Below, piece by piece: positions 7,899 to 18,067 of a stretch of 64,000 nt of DNA. A program made the position numbers and the translations under genes. Below the pieces are notes generated by a model. That model searched no databases. It was not told the DNA's origin and worked only from the letters and a program-made list of their open reading frames with translations. Numbering within the stretch: position 1 is the stretch's first letter; every line of letters begins with the position of its first letter. The DNA comes from Candidatus Obscuribacteraceae bacterium. Its GTDB lineage: Bacteria > Cyanobacteriota > Vampirovibrionia > Obscuribacterales > Obscuribacteraceae. The DNA lies in contig JBGAHS010000009.1 of assembly GCA_044226015.1 (NCBI GenBank), forward strand, positions 1 to 64,000, given 5' to 3'.

Positions 7899-9272
7899 AT
7901 GTCGGTTGAAGTCAAAGGAAAGGATTTAAGCACCTACGTCAAGGATTGCCGCAAAAGCTTTGAGCAGCATTTGAAGGAACTTGTAGACATTCCCAGCGTT
8001 TCCGCTGACCCAGCTCACAAAAGCGACATGCTGCGTTGCGGAAAGCGCGCTGCTGACCTGATAAAAGAAATGGGCGGTAAGGCCGAGATTGTCGAAACCA
8101 AAGGTAACCCCGTTGTAATCGGCGAATTCCATTCAAGCAAAGATCATCCGACCGTCACCATCTATAACCACATTGATGTGCAGCCGGCAGATGCTGCAGA
8201 GTGGAACTCAGCACCATTCGAAATGAAGATCGACGGCGACAAATATTTGGGGCGTGGCACTACCGATGACAAAGGTCCGGCGCTTGCTGTTTTGTACGCA
8301 GCGAAGTTCGCCCGGGAAAACGATGTGCCATTGAACATCAAATTTATTTGGGAACTTGAAGAAGAAATCGGAAGCCCGAGCTTCGAAGAGTTTCTTAACG
8401 ACAACGTAGAAAAGCTTAAGACTGACTTTATCGCAGTCTCCGATACCATCTGGATTTCGCGTGAGCGCCCCGCAATCGGTTATGGTTTGCGCGGACTACA
8501 GGGAATGATTGTTCGTTTGAAGACTGGAGTAAAAGATGTCCACTCTGGTTTGACGGGTGGGCTGGCTCGAAACCCAATTGGCGAATTAGCCCAGCTTGCT
8601 ACTAAGTGCTACGACGCTAAAACAGGCGAAGTGAAGATACCTGGCTTTTACGATGATGTTTTGCCTGTAACCGCAGCTGATGGCGATGATTTTGTTCGCT
8701 CTGGTTTTACTGTGGAAAACTTCAAGAAGGCGCATGAACTCCTGAAGTTGCGCACTAATGATAATCTGGATGGTGCCAAGAGAATCTGGGGACAACCTAC
8801 CTTTGAAGTGCATGGTATCACCGGTGGTTATAGTGGTCCTGGTGTCAAAACCATTGTTCCACATCAGTCCGAACTGAAAGTTAGTATGCGACTGGTGCCA
8901 AACCAAGACCCAACCAAAGTTGCGGCGCTCTTTGAAGATTTCGTCAAGAAAGAATTGCCAGACGCTGAAATTGTCAGAGAAGGTTCTCTTTTTCCCTATG
9001 TCGGAGACAAGAGCTGCCCTGAGGCACTTGCAGGTGCCAGGGCGATGACTGAAGCTTTTGGAATTGAGCCCGCATTTGTACGCGAAGGCGGCTCTATCGG
9101 TGCCATCGTCAGCATGAAAAAAGTCTTGGGTAAAGACTCGATGTTCCTTGGTTTGTCCTTGCCAGAGCATGGCTATCATGCCATCAATGAAAACTTCGAT
9201 TGGCCTCAAGCATCTGGCGGCATTAAGATGTTCGTAGCTTACTTCAAGGCCCTATCCGAGTTGAAGAAATAG
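7899..9272 (+). CDS. M20/M25/M40 family metallopeptidase (dipeptidase-like)
   Basis: YNHIDVQP, GRGTTDDKG, EEEIGS, GGSI and YHAINENF. ATG at 7899 follows GGAG. Confidence 0.93.
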   Translation: MSVEVKGKDLSTYVKDCRKSFEQHLKELVDIPSVSADPAHKSDMLRCGKRAADLIKEMGGKAEIVETKGNPVVIGEFHSSKDHPTVTIYNHIDVQPADAAEWNSAPFEMKIDGDKYLGRGTTDDKGPALAVLYAAKFARENDVPLNIKFIWELEEEIGSPSFEEFLNDNVEKLKTDFIAVSDTIWISRERPAIGYGLRGLQGMIVRLKTGVKDVHSGLTGGLARNPIGELAQLATKCYDAKTGEVKIPGFYDDVLPVTAADGDDFVRSGFTVENFKKAHELLKLRTNDNLDGAKRIWGQPTFEVHGITGGYSGPGVKTIVPHQSELKVSMRLVPNQDPTKVAALFEDFVKKELPDAEIVREGSLFPYVGDKSCPEALAGARAMTEAFGIEPAFVREGGSIGAIVSMKKVLGKDSMFLGLSLPEHGYHAINENFDWPQASGGIKMFVAYFKALSELKK

Positions 9273-9463
9273 AAATTGTGGCTATTCTAGTCTTGATTTT
9301 GAACCCAGTGCTAGAGCGATGCTAATCTTAATACTAGTGCGTTAAGCTGGTCTTAGACAAAATTTAGTGTTAAAGCTGCTAATGCATTGCTAAAGCCTCT
9401 AATGCTAGAACTGCTAAACCATTTCTGCTGCGAACAGCAAAGGTGGCGACGGAAGAACAAAAG

Positions 9464-9493
9464 AAAAGGAAAGCTCGAATGAGCTTTCCTTTT
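9464..9493. terminator. Bidirectional intrinsic terminator
   Basis: AAAAGGAAAGCTC-GAAT-GAGCTTTCCTTTT perfect stem between convergent genes. Confidence 0.85.
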
Positions 9494-9516
9494 TGCTCTT
9501 TTCAGGGAGGGGTTAT

Positions 9517-11535
9517 CTATCCGTTGGCTCTGACGTTTTGATATCTTTGTCCATAAGCCTCAGATGGAGAGTACATGTATCCATTGGTTGGATTCATCTG
9601 TGGAGTATACGGATTTCCTGAGTTTACGTTGTACCTTGGTGAGTTCGAATTCGTATCATTATTCGATGCATTTCCGTTGAACGTACTGGCGTTGTTATTT
9701 GGTTGATAACGCTGATTGGTTGCGGAAAGTGGCGAATATAGACCCGTCTGGTTCCCTGGGTTTGACTGCGGTGTATTTGGTGCACCTGAGTTCGGATTGT
9801 AGGTGGGTACAACTGAGCTGTTGGTAGAGAACGACCCTGTGGTATTCGTACCACCGCTGCTAGTGCCACCGCCATTCGGCTGGAGGAACGACGTGAAATT
9901 GCGTGGCGTGCCAGCGTTATCTCCTGAGGCTGCAACTCCGAGTGAATTCATGTTGTTGCTTAAATTCGAATAGGCTGCAGCGCCCCATTGCCAATCTAGA
10001 GTGAGGTTCGCGGTGTCTGAGCTAAACGAACCATTCCAGAGAACATTTTGAATGCCTCCAGGCAGGTTAGCTGAGAACGGCATTCCACTCAAGAATATTG
10101 CATCGCTGAAGTTCGCCGGTGCGGTGGTGATCCAAGTTTGCGTTGTATTATCGAATGTTGTCGAAGGCGTTGCGTAGCTATTCGAAAGAACAATTTTCGC
10201 GTTTGGAATCTTAATTCTGTACACCTTTCCGTCGGCTGTGAAAGTCACAGTTTGCCCTGTGAAATAGATGTTTGTTGTTCCTGTGAGATTTGGGTTATTT
10301 CTCACGCGCAATAGTGCGTCGAACCACAAAGATGCTGTACTTGACGCTGAATTGAAGTTGCTGCGAATTGATGAACCTGAAGTCGGTGACATCGGGGTAC
10401 CTGCCTGTGTTGTTTCAGGACCCGATGCATTCGGCGCAGCGGTGAAGTTGTTTTCAATTACACCGGGTGCTTCCTGTGCGAAAGCGATTTGATTCATCGG
10501 GCTCAACATCACCATTCCGGGTGACAATTTCTGAATGCCTGCATCTACTGTCTGTATGCCGGTAGGAGTTCCGATAGGTCCAGGACGTCCTTTTGTTGCG
10601 GTTTTTGTCAAAACTGCCTTGATAGCCATTTTGCCATTGAGATCTTTCTCAACGCTTGTGATTTTGACAGCAACGAAACCGTCGACTGGTCGGCTTTGCT
10701 TGTAGGGACCATCTCCAGAAATTAACGGAAGAATTACTGGACCTTTGTTCAAAAGTGCCATGCCCTCGATACCAGCTGAAAGGTCGCATATTTGGCGAGT
10801 GTCCTTCAAGAAATTGATTTTGTCACCTATCTTGATTGCAGGAATAAAGTTGTTCTTCTTTTCTTTTGAGAGAGATAGCTGTTGCTCAATGGCTTCATTA
10901 ATGTAGTTGGTGTCAGCTTCATTAGTAAAGCCAGTGAACATAGCATTTGTATAACCGGCGTTGTTGACGAAGAAAGTGACTTCTTCTCCAGGTTCGCACT
11001 TATACAATGGTTTCTCATGCCCGCTTATGGTATCGACGCTTACGGCTAGTGGAAATAGAACATTCGGTGCCACTTCAGTGATGGAAGAGTATCCATGAGC
11101 TTTTGCGGTCACCGTTACAGGTGTGCTCTGCTGTCCAAAAAGTTTCGCTAGCATTGTTGGCACTTGCATGGTTCCAACTACCTGGCAGACCCCAGGCTTG
11201 CTCTCATCGCTGGGAGTTAGTGCGCTGATTGATAGCTTCGCATTATTCGATGCTAAAGCCAGACCATCAGCTGTATTTTTCGAAGCCATTCTTAATGCAT
11301 CGTTGTACGCCGCGCTATAGTCAAAGCCATGGACAAAGTTTCTGGCTCCAGCTAGTGCGCTGGCATCCATTGCGTTTTGCAATTCTGTGCGCACCGTAGC
11401 GGCGTGGCCGATATCAACAGCAAAAGCTGCAAACATACTAGCTGACAAAAGAAGAATGACTAACAATAGTGACGCGAGCACCCCTGATTGGCTACGACGC
11501 ACTCTTGGCTTAAACTTGTACCTCTGCATAAACAT
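9517..11535 (-). CDS. TadG-like pilus assembly protein with extra C-terminal beta-rich domain
   Basis: Prepilin-like RRSQSG plus TM, AVDIGH...ELQNAMDASALAGA Tad motif; adjacent to a TadE gene. Confidence 0.8.
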   Translation of the reverse strand: MFMQRYKFKPRVRRSQSGVLASLLLVILLLSASMFAAFAVDIGHAATVRTELQNAMDASALAGARNFVHGFDYSAAYNDALRMASKNTADGLALASNNAKLSISALTPSDESKPGVCQVVGTMQVPTMLAKLFGQQSTPVTVTAKAHGYSSITEVAPNVLFPLAVSVDTISGHEKPLYKCEPGEEVTFFVNNAGYTNAMFTGFTNEADTNYINEAIEQQLSLSKEKKNNFIPAIKIGDKINFLKDTRQICDLSAGIEGMALLNKGPVILPLISGDGPYKQSRPVDGFVAVKITSVEKDLNGKMAIKAVLTKTATKGRPGPIGTPTGIQTVDAGIQKLSPGMVMLSPMNQIAFAQEAPGVIENNFTAAPNASGPETTQAGTPMSPTSGSSIRSNFNSASSTASLWFDALLRVRNNPNLTGTTNIYFTGQTVTFTADGKVYRIKIPNAKIVLSNSYATPSTTFDNTTQTWITTAPANFSDAIFLSGMPFSANLPGGIQNVLWNGSFSSDTANLTLDWQWGAAAYSNLSNNMNSLGVAASGDNAGTPRNFTSFLQPNGGGTSSGGTNTTGSFSTNSSVVPTYNPNSGAPNTPQSNPGNQTGLYSPLSATNQRYQPNNNASTFNGNASNNDTNSNSPRYNVNSGNPYTPQMNPTNGYMYSPSEAYGQRYQNVRANG

Positions 11536-11561
11536 TTCTCCGAAAAAATATGGTTGATGGA

Positions 11562-12020
11562 TTACTCGATTCGATATACAGAACTTGCCACCAGGTTGAA
11601 TTTGGAGCCAAAGCTAAGTGGGTCTGGCGCAGGAAAAACCGGTAAACCGTTTTTTCCACTGGTGTACGATACTGTCACTGAAACTGTGGGCGGGCTTCCG
11701 GTAACATCCCAAACAGGATTTGCGAATTGCTGAGATGAGTTTACGATGTTTGCTATTCGAATCTGGTCGAATACATATCGTTCTTGCAATTTTCTATTTG
11801 TCTTGATTTGCTGATCCTGCCCGTAGCATATAGCCATTTGTCTGGCTGCTTCTCTAGCGCTCTGAGAAAGTGATTCTTTAATCAGATAAGCTTGAGAAAC
11901 TTCGGCTACGACAAAGAGGATTGCAAAAATCAGTGGGATTAGAATTCCCATAGCAGCAGCTGTTTCAGCGATGGTTGAACCATTCGCAGATCGGCTTTGG
12001 TGTCTAATTCTCATATGCAA
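11562..12020 (-). CDS. TadE/TadG family minor pilin
   Basis: RSANGSTIAETA prepilin site, TM and AREAAR motif. Confidence 0.88.
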   Translation of the reverse strand: MHMRIRHQSRSANGSTIAETAAAMGILIPLIFAILFVVAEVSQAYLIKESLSQSAREAARQMAICYGQDQQIKTNRKLQERYVFDQIRIANIVNSSQQFANPVWDVTGSPPTVSVTVSYTSGKNGLPVFPAPDPLSFGSKFNLVASSVYRIE

Positions 12021-12372
12021 ATTTTCCGTTTGAGAAAAGGTGTGATGATATCGATACTATCTGACTGTCTAGTAGCACTCTATAGAAAATGGAATGACAG
12101 TCTTTCTTATTCTTTTCCTGAAATGCTGGTATAGCGGACGTTAACAGGCTTCGCGCAGTCGGAAATCCCCTGCAAGTATGTGGATTTCGCTGATAGATCG
12201 CTTTAACGGGAACCGAAAAGCACCGCTTATGGTGCATAAAAAATCCTGGTTTTATTTGTTTTATTGGAACTGTTTTGTTCCTGCAGCATCATAAGACTGT
12301 CTTGAAATGCTCTGGTTTAGTCATCACACCATCAGCATACTAACCCTTCAATTACTTGACGAGGTAAGGAAA

Positions 12373-12810
12373 ATGCAGTTGCATTCAGCGGAAACCTGGA
12401 ACACGTTTATTGATCATGTGTGCGATCGCAGTGAGTGGTCACGACTCGTAAGCATGCGCACACAGCGCAGCAAGGTCGGAGCGACAAAAGCTGAACTAGT
12501 TGCTCCAGAAAACATAGACCATGAAGGTAAGCCTGACGCTAAACAAGAATCGGGAATTCTAAACACGGCAAATAGAGCCGAAAGAATGCACTATGCGCGG
12601 AAATCAGCTCAAATTGCAATGGGTTATTGGTTCAAGAATACACAAAATGTAGTGACTCGATTCTATTCCATCCAATACAACCCCATGACCAAGTGCCTTC
12701 CTGCTAATGTTTCGCTCATGGAAGGACTCAGCCCCGAAAACACATTGACGGCTGATGATGCTATGCAACTCTGGCGGAATCCGTTTTCTCCTCCATTCTG
12801 CAATCCTTAG
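12373..12810 (+). CDS. Hypothetical protein
   Basis: GAGGTAAGGA RBS before ATG 12373; no family recognised. Confidence 0.5.
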   Translation: MQLHSAETWNTFIDHVCDRSEWSRLVSMRTQRSKVGATKAELVAPENIDHEGKPDAKQESGILNTANRAERMHYARKSAQIAMGYWFKNTQNVVTRFYSIQYNPMTKCLPANVSLMEGLSPENTLTADDAMQLWRNPFSPPFCNP

Positions 12811-12870
12811 TATTACTCTGCAGTCCTTCGCAATACTCTGTAATCCTTGGGCTTATTCTTAAGACCATTT
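12791..12870. repeat. Degenerate 20-bp tandem repeat (3-4 units)
   Basis: ctccattctgcaatccttag / tattactctgcagtccttcg / caatactctgtaatccttgg / gcttattcttaagaccattt. Confidence 0.7.
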
Positions 12871-13007
12871 ACATGAACTCGTCAGTTATCACCCTAGATG
12901 ACTATTCACTGACGACTAAGCAAGTGCCGCCGCCTTTCCATCTATGAAATCACAAAGTAGTCGTTTCAACTCATTTTCAAAAAGTAAGGAGATGATGTCC
13001 TCGAGGT

Positions 13008-16000
13008 TTGAGGGGCATCCGTGCATTGGAACACATCTTTTTATCAAAGAATGCTCTGCTAAGCAATGAACAGCCCTCTACAATTGAAATGTTTGGGGAC
13101 GGATTGCTAGACGGTGCAGTGAAGAGCCCAGCTACTGCGCTATCTCAAATTGGCCAAGAGTTTCGAAAGTCCTTTGAAGCCAGGTCAAATGGTGCCAATA
13201 CAGCTCAGCAGGGAAACAAAAGCAATCAGTCAGAAGCTCCATCTAAAAAGTCACCAGCGTCCAACCTAGATTCGCCCCATTTATCTTGGTCTCACTCATC
13301 TTTTTTCAACCTATCTTTCGTTGAGAAAAACACTTTTGATGCCTACCTAGCAGACCATGCAGCGAACTCACAGGCTTACCAGTTAGGAACTGTCGTGGGT
13401 TCCGTTGTTCCATTCGCTGCGACCAGCTTATTAACACGACGCGCAGCGACCCAGGTTTTTGGCAAATCTGAGCTTCCGACTCTCAGTCGAGTTATTGGAG
13501 AAAATGCTGCTACAGGGTTTTTGATGGGTGGATTACTAACTCCAAGTCGTGCTGATGAAGGCAACTTTGCTAAAGCTCGGGTTAGTCAGGCTGTAAATTC
13601 AGCTCTGGTGTTCGGTACTATGGGCGGTACTGCACATTCTTTGGGAGAAGCTTTGTCAGCAAGCTCACGCTTGCAGACAAGCGACCTCGCTCGCCGATTA
13701 ATTATTTCAACAGGCTCAGGACTAGCTGGTGGGCTGGTAGATGCGGAGCTTGCAAACAAATTGAAGGCGACTCCTTCGCAGCTTCTTATGCACGCTGCAT
13801 CTTATGCGGCTTTCGGTACTGTTGCAGAACTCAGCTTCTCTCATTTCAGTGGCTGTGCCCTGGCCAAAAGTGCTGAATGTATGCCATCTCGATTGGGAGG
13901 CAAAAACCTTGAATCTGATTACCAGCAAATTTTGGCTGAACTTGAAGGCGCTGATGTTAACTTAGCAATAAATACACCAGAGCCAGTTAGAACTAAGCGC
14001 CGCAGAGAGGCGTCAATCTCAGAGCCTGTAGGAACCGGGCGGCAGAGCGGGGAATCACTGGAGTCCGTGGGCAACAGCCAGCATGTAGAAGAGAGAATCG
14101 AATCGAAAAACGGACCCTCGATCGGAGAAGATTTTGATATTTCTCAGCGCAAAAAAATTGAGATAAAGCAGCAAAGTGACGAGCTACCCAGACCAGAACA
14201 TATTAAGGACAAGCCATCGCAAAAGATAAAAGAACATGTTTTTGCATTAGAGAAGGCTGTGAAAAGCAGGCTGCTGAGCGGTTTTGAGATGACCCGTTAC
14301 AGGGAGAACGTATTGCTTGAACTTAAGCAATTGAGCTATTTAGAGTCTGGGAAGAAAACATTCAATCTGCATTCAGTTTTGTTGCATATGCCTGGACTGA
14401 CAGATGCTCAACGCTTTCGAATAGCAGATGTTCTAACTCTAATTAACAAATGCACCGTGAATGGTGGGCTCTCAGCGGAGACCTGGACTCGTACAAAGAG
14501 TGCATTGGCTGAGCAACTGAAGGATGCTAGAGAGCATAAATCATTCAGTGCCGATGCTGAAGAGAAAATACTTTTGAAACTGTTTTCACAAATAAAAACC
14601 ACCACAAACGAACCACTTAGAGGTGCCGGCGCGGACTACGAAACAGTTGCTTATGCAAACCAAATAATGCGTCGAGTAGGCTATTCGCAATCTGCAATTC
14701 AGACTATGGATGCAAAGCTGGCTAAGTCTTGGCTTACACCGGCGAAAAATAACATTGTTTCTGAAAAGCCTGAAATTGCTAATTATGCACAAACCATTGA
14801 TGTAGAAGCTGCAAGAGTAGCTGGTGCCTGCGAGTCCCGAGAGTTGTTAAACAAGAAACTGCGTGACGCTGCTGAATATCATTTGGAAAAGCAGGCGTTT
14901 GATCGAAAGGTGGACGAAGGGTTCGTGTCAAACATACGGTTGAGCAGAATTAGCTATTTGGAAGCACAGTTTGAAAAACTTGGTCATGATGCTAAAGAGA
15001 AATCACGGTTTTATTGGGAACTAAACCGTATCATGGACCCTCAGCGAAACTCGAAGTTCAGCTCAAGCGAAAGATATGATTTGATGGAGCAGGTTTTGAA
15101 TCATGCCGCGTTTCCATCATCAGTGCATCAAGGACTAAATAATACATGCAATGTTGCCGTTTGCGAGAGCCGCATTTACAGGCGCTCTCCACATCAAATG
15201 GCAAGAATGGTTGCAGACATAGCTGAAACTGGAAACTTTCAAACTTTAAGCGGAGCAGTAATAGATCTTGAAAATAGCGCAAGCGGACTACGTCCAGACT
15301 CGGAGGCACGTAAGTCGCTGAGCCTTCAGAATCAAGAGCTTGGAACAAGGTATGTAAAAGTTGACGGAGATAGAGACTGGGCTAGCCAACTTGTCCAGAC
15401 TACTCTGGTTAAGATTCGGCAGAAGGATCGCGTGGAAACTTTTGATATGAGCGATCGAACAATGTTTGATGAAGACAAGTTGGTGTTCGATGAGAATTAT
15501 CAGTTGCGTGGAATGGTGCGCGAATTGAAGGATATATTGCCGGTAGTTCGTTCGAACGGCAAAGCCAACGACGCACCACAAAAGGGCGTAACACATTACG
15601 TAAAATCAGGACTCTACCTTCGAGAAGTTGATGCAGCCAATCTCCTTTATGACAGATATAGCGAAATCATAGGGTGCGTTGCTGATACGCATAAGGTAAA
15701 TGCTCTCTACGATCAGTTTGGGCGACCGGCACAAGATTTTTCCGATTCCGTAACTAATCTCTTTGACAGAAATGGAAAGCTTGTGTTGTTTCAAAATGTG
15801 CCCGGGACAATTGGCTATGACAAGTTACTGAGACCCCCCTCATTTGCATTTGGGACACTTGAGCGTGAGCGCATGCACGTCACAAATTTGGGACGAAAGT
15901 TCTATATCTATGAGTGGGATCGCTTTGGTAAGTACCATATCCTTTCAGGACCCGCAATTATGTCTTCGCATCTTTTTGGCATTTGCCAGGCTGTTAATCA

Positions 16001-16340
16001 ACAAGAAAAGCAAGCTGTGACCTTTTATCATGTAGATGGCGCAGCTCAGAAGAATTCGTCACTAATAGAGATTGCGAATCTGACTGATTTGCACCAACAG
16101 CTAATGCATTTGAAAGAGGCAGATCAATTTCCTGCAATCGTTCAAGTTGATGTGCGAAATGCTCCCTGGTATATCGAAGATGGTGGCGCACACGTTTTGA
16201 ATATTCGTAATTACTTTCCTCAGCAGGGTGTAGTGAAATTGACCAACCAGTGGGGGGACGAGAGCAACACCTTAATCAGGCGAATGACTTTGTCTGATTT
16301 GTTGCAAGCAATGAAATTCAGAACTGACCTGAACAAATAG
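13008..16340 (+). CDS. Large protein: Gly/Ala-rich hydrophobic N-domain plus C-terminal papain-like cysteine peptidase
   Basis: 1110-aa ORF with HQGLNNTC (Q, C), GGAHVLNI (H) and LTNQWG (N, W). Start codon uncertain. Confidence 0.65.
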   Translation: MRGIRALEHIFLSKNALLSNEQPSTIEMFGDGLLDGAVKSPATALSQIGQEFRKSFEARSNGANTAQQGNKSNQSEAPSKKSPASNLDSPHLSWSHSSFFNLSFVEKNTFDAYLADHAANSQAYQLGTVVGSVVPFAATSLLTRRAATQVFGKSELPTLSRVIGENAATGFLMGGLLTPSRADEGNFAKARVSQAVNSALVFGTMGGTAHSLGEALSASSRLQTSDLARRLIISTGSGLAGGLVDAELANKLKATPSQLLMHAASYAAFGTVAELSFSHFSGCALAKSAECMPSRLGGKNLESDYQQILAELEGADVNLAINTPEPVRTKRRREASISEPVGTGRQSGESLESVGNSQHVEERIESKNGPSIGEDFDISQRKKIEIKQQSDELPRPEHIKDKPSQKIKEHVFALEKAVKSRLLSGFEMTRYRENVLLELKQLSYLESGKKTFNLHSVLLHMPGLTDAQRFRIADVLTLINKCTVNGGLSAETWTRTKSALAEQLKDAREHKSFSADAEEKILLKLFSQIKTTTNEPLRGAGADYETVAYANQIMRRVGYSQSAIQTMDAKLAKSWLTPAKNNIVSEKPEIANYAQTIDVEAARVAGACESRELLNKKLRDAAEYHLEKQAFDRKVDEGFVSNIRLSRISYLEAQFEKLGHDAKEKSRFYWELNRIMDPQRNSKFSSSERYDLMEQVLNHAAFPSSVHQGLNNTCNVAVCESRIYRRSPHQMARMVADIAETGNFQTLSGAVIDLENSASGLRPDSEARKSLSLQNQELGTRYVKVDGDRDWASQLVQTTLVKIRQKDRVETFDMSDRTMFDEDKLVFDENYQLRGMVRELKDILPVVRSNGKANDAPQKGVTHYVKSGLYLREVDAANLLYDRYSEIIGCVADTHKVNALYDQFGRPAQDFSDSVTNLFDRNGKLVLFQNVPGTIGYDKLLRPPSFAFGTLERERMHVTNLGRKFYIYEWDRFGKYHILSGPAIMSSHLFGICQAVNQQEKQAVTFYHVDGAAQKNSSLIEIANLTDLHQQLMHLKEADQFPAIVQVDVRNAPWYIEDGGAHVLNIRNYFPQQGVVKLTNQWGDESNTLIRRMTLSDLLQAMKFRTDLNK

Positions 16341-16350
16341 CGTTGATGAC

Positions 16351-17865
16351 TTACCTCTTAAAGGGAGAAGGCATTATGTGTCCACCAAGGTTATTCATTT
16401 GAGGTTTTGCGTCAATTATTGGTTTCGGCGCTATGACCGGCTTAGGGAATATCGGGTTGGGAACAACGGGCGGTTTTTGCTCGATTGAAGGTTGCGCAGA
16501 AGTAGGTATCTCGAAGTTCCATGGAGTTGAGCGTTGCTCCTGTTGGAAAGGCTGTTGAGCTGCCTTTTCTGCAGCTTCAACTTTCTTGCCTGCCTCTTTG
16601 TCTTTGGTGTACCAGTTCGGGTCGCGCTTTCCGTTCTCCATCATGTAGTTAACCGCAGATGGTGGCACTCCAGCTTCTACAAGACGAGCTTTGAAATCCT
16701 TATTTGTCTGATCATTATAGAAAGCTGGATTTTTGGCAGCGCCTTCCATAATCCACTTATATCCTGTTTCCTTGTGACCCCATTTCATACAAGCAAGACC
16801 GAGTTCGGTTCGGGTAGCTGCCTGAAGAAGCGGGTTCTTGGTGCTGTCTGCCATATCCACTGCTTGTTTGAAGAAGCCGTATGCTTTTTCAGTATCTGTC
16901 TGTCTCTGAGCTTGTACCAGAGACATGGCGATTGCCTCTTGTGTGCGCTTCTCAATCGCGTTCATATCTGGACGCGGGTAAGGCTGCTCCGGATTTGTCG
17001 AATCTGGTTTCGGACCGAGTTGATCGGGTCTGGGGTTTGGTCTCGGAATTTGATCTGGACGTAGATTCGTAAATTGTCCAACCATGTTCAATCTGGCTCT
17101 TGAAAGACCCTCGTTGATGCCTCTTAAATCGGGCGCTCCCATTGAGTAGTAACTCGGTGCTTCCGCTTTTACTGGGTTGTTTGCATCGCCGCTTCGAGAC
17201 ATTCCGAAAACCATAGTGAATGGCGGTTCATTCCCATTCTTTGCCATGTTTTCAAATGCGTACTTGCCGACTTGCGAATTGCGGTCAACTTTGTCGAGGT
17301 CTACAAAGGCGTAAACAGTGTCACGACCGTTTTTACTGCGGGCATCTTTGAGCGAGTTCTCGATTACGTGTCTTGTGGCTGGGTCGCTGGCGCTTCCAAT
17401 GAGCATCACGACTGGTTTGTTCTGGCGTGCAGCCGCATTGATGAGTCCGAAGTAGTCCTCATTACCTTTTACAGTGGTATCAAATGTGCCACTGATTGCG
17501 CGATCGTACTTTGCTGCATCCCACTTCGGGTAATTTGCGGAGATTCGTTTTAGTTGTTCTAGTTTCTGCTTCTCTGTCAATTTTGGATACAGTGGTTCGC
17601 TGTCGCGTCTGGGATCCACCGGGCGCGGCTCAACTGGTCTTACATCTGGTCTTATCGTCGGCCTCACGGGCGGACAGGGTCTCGGGCCTCAGCCCTGAAA
17701 GACTTCGCGTGGCGGCTGGTAGTATACCTCCGACACTCTTGTGACTTCTCTAGGTGCTTGCGAGTAAGATTCTCGGACAGATTGAGAATAAATTTGAGCT
17801 GCGGAGAGATTTGCCGCTGGCATCTCATCATTTTCTTGGGGGCGCGAAACAAAACGGTCTGACAT
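16351..17865 (-). CDS. Pro-rich protein with CxxC-less thioredoxin-like domain and TPR-like helices, interrupted by one in-frame TGA (17689-17691)
   Basis: GAGG RBS and ATG at 17865 in frame with ORF 16351-17667. Codon 59 is TGA. AAARQNKPVVMLIGSASDPAT resembles a thioredoxin N-terminus. Confidence 0.6.
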
Positions 17866-17979
17866 TCTAGATCCTCACACGCATGCGAAATTAGCGTCTG
17901 AGAGAACCTTGAACACCCGATAAAATTCGCGGTTAACTCGTATTAATGTAGAAAGTATATGGTCAAGTTCTGCAGGCGC

Positions 17980-17999
17980 GACTGTGTAATTCCACAGTC
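17980..17999. promoter_or_regulatory. Palindromic operator candidate in divergent promoter region
   Basis: GACTGTG-N6-CACAGTC. Confidence 0.3.
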
Positions 18000-18067
18000 C
18001 GGATGATCGAGCATGGTGGTTATACGTAGGCGAAAAGGTAGTGCCAGTTTCCCGGTAGAATTATGGG

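Noticed and set aside
17664..17852. 62-aa ORF suggesting a frameshifted 5' part of the 16351 gene
   Set aside because: The RBS-ATG at 17865 is already in frame with the main ORF, so no frameshift is needed.
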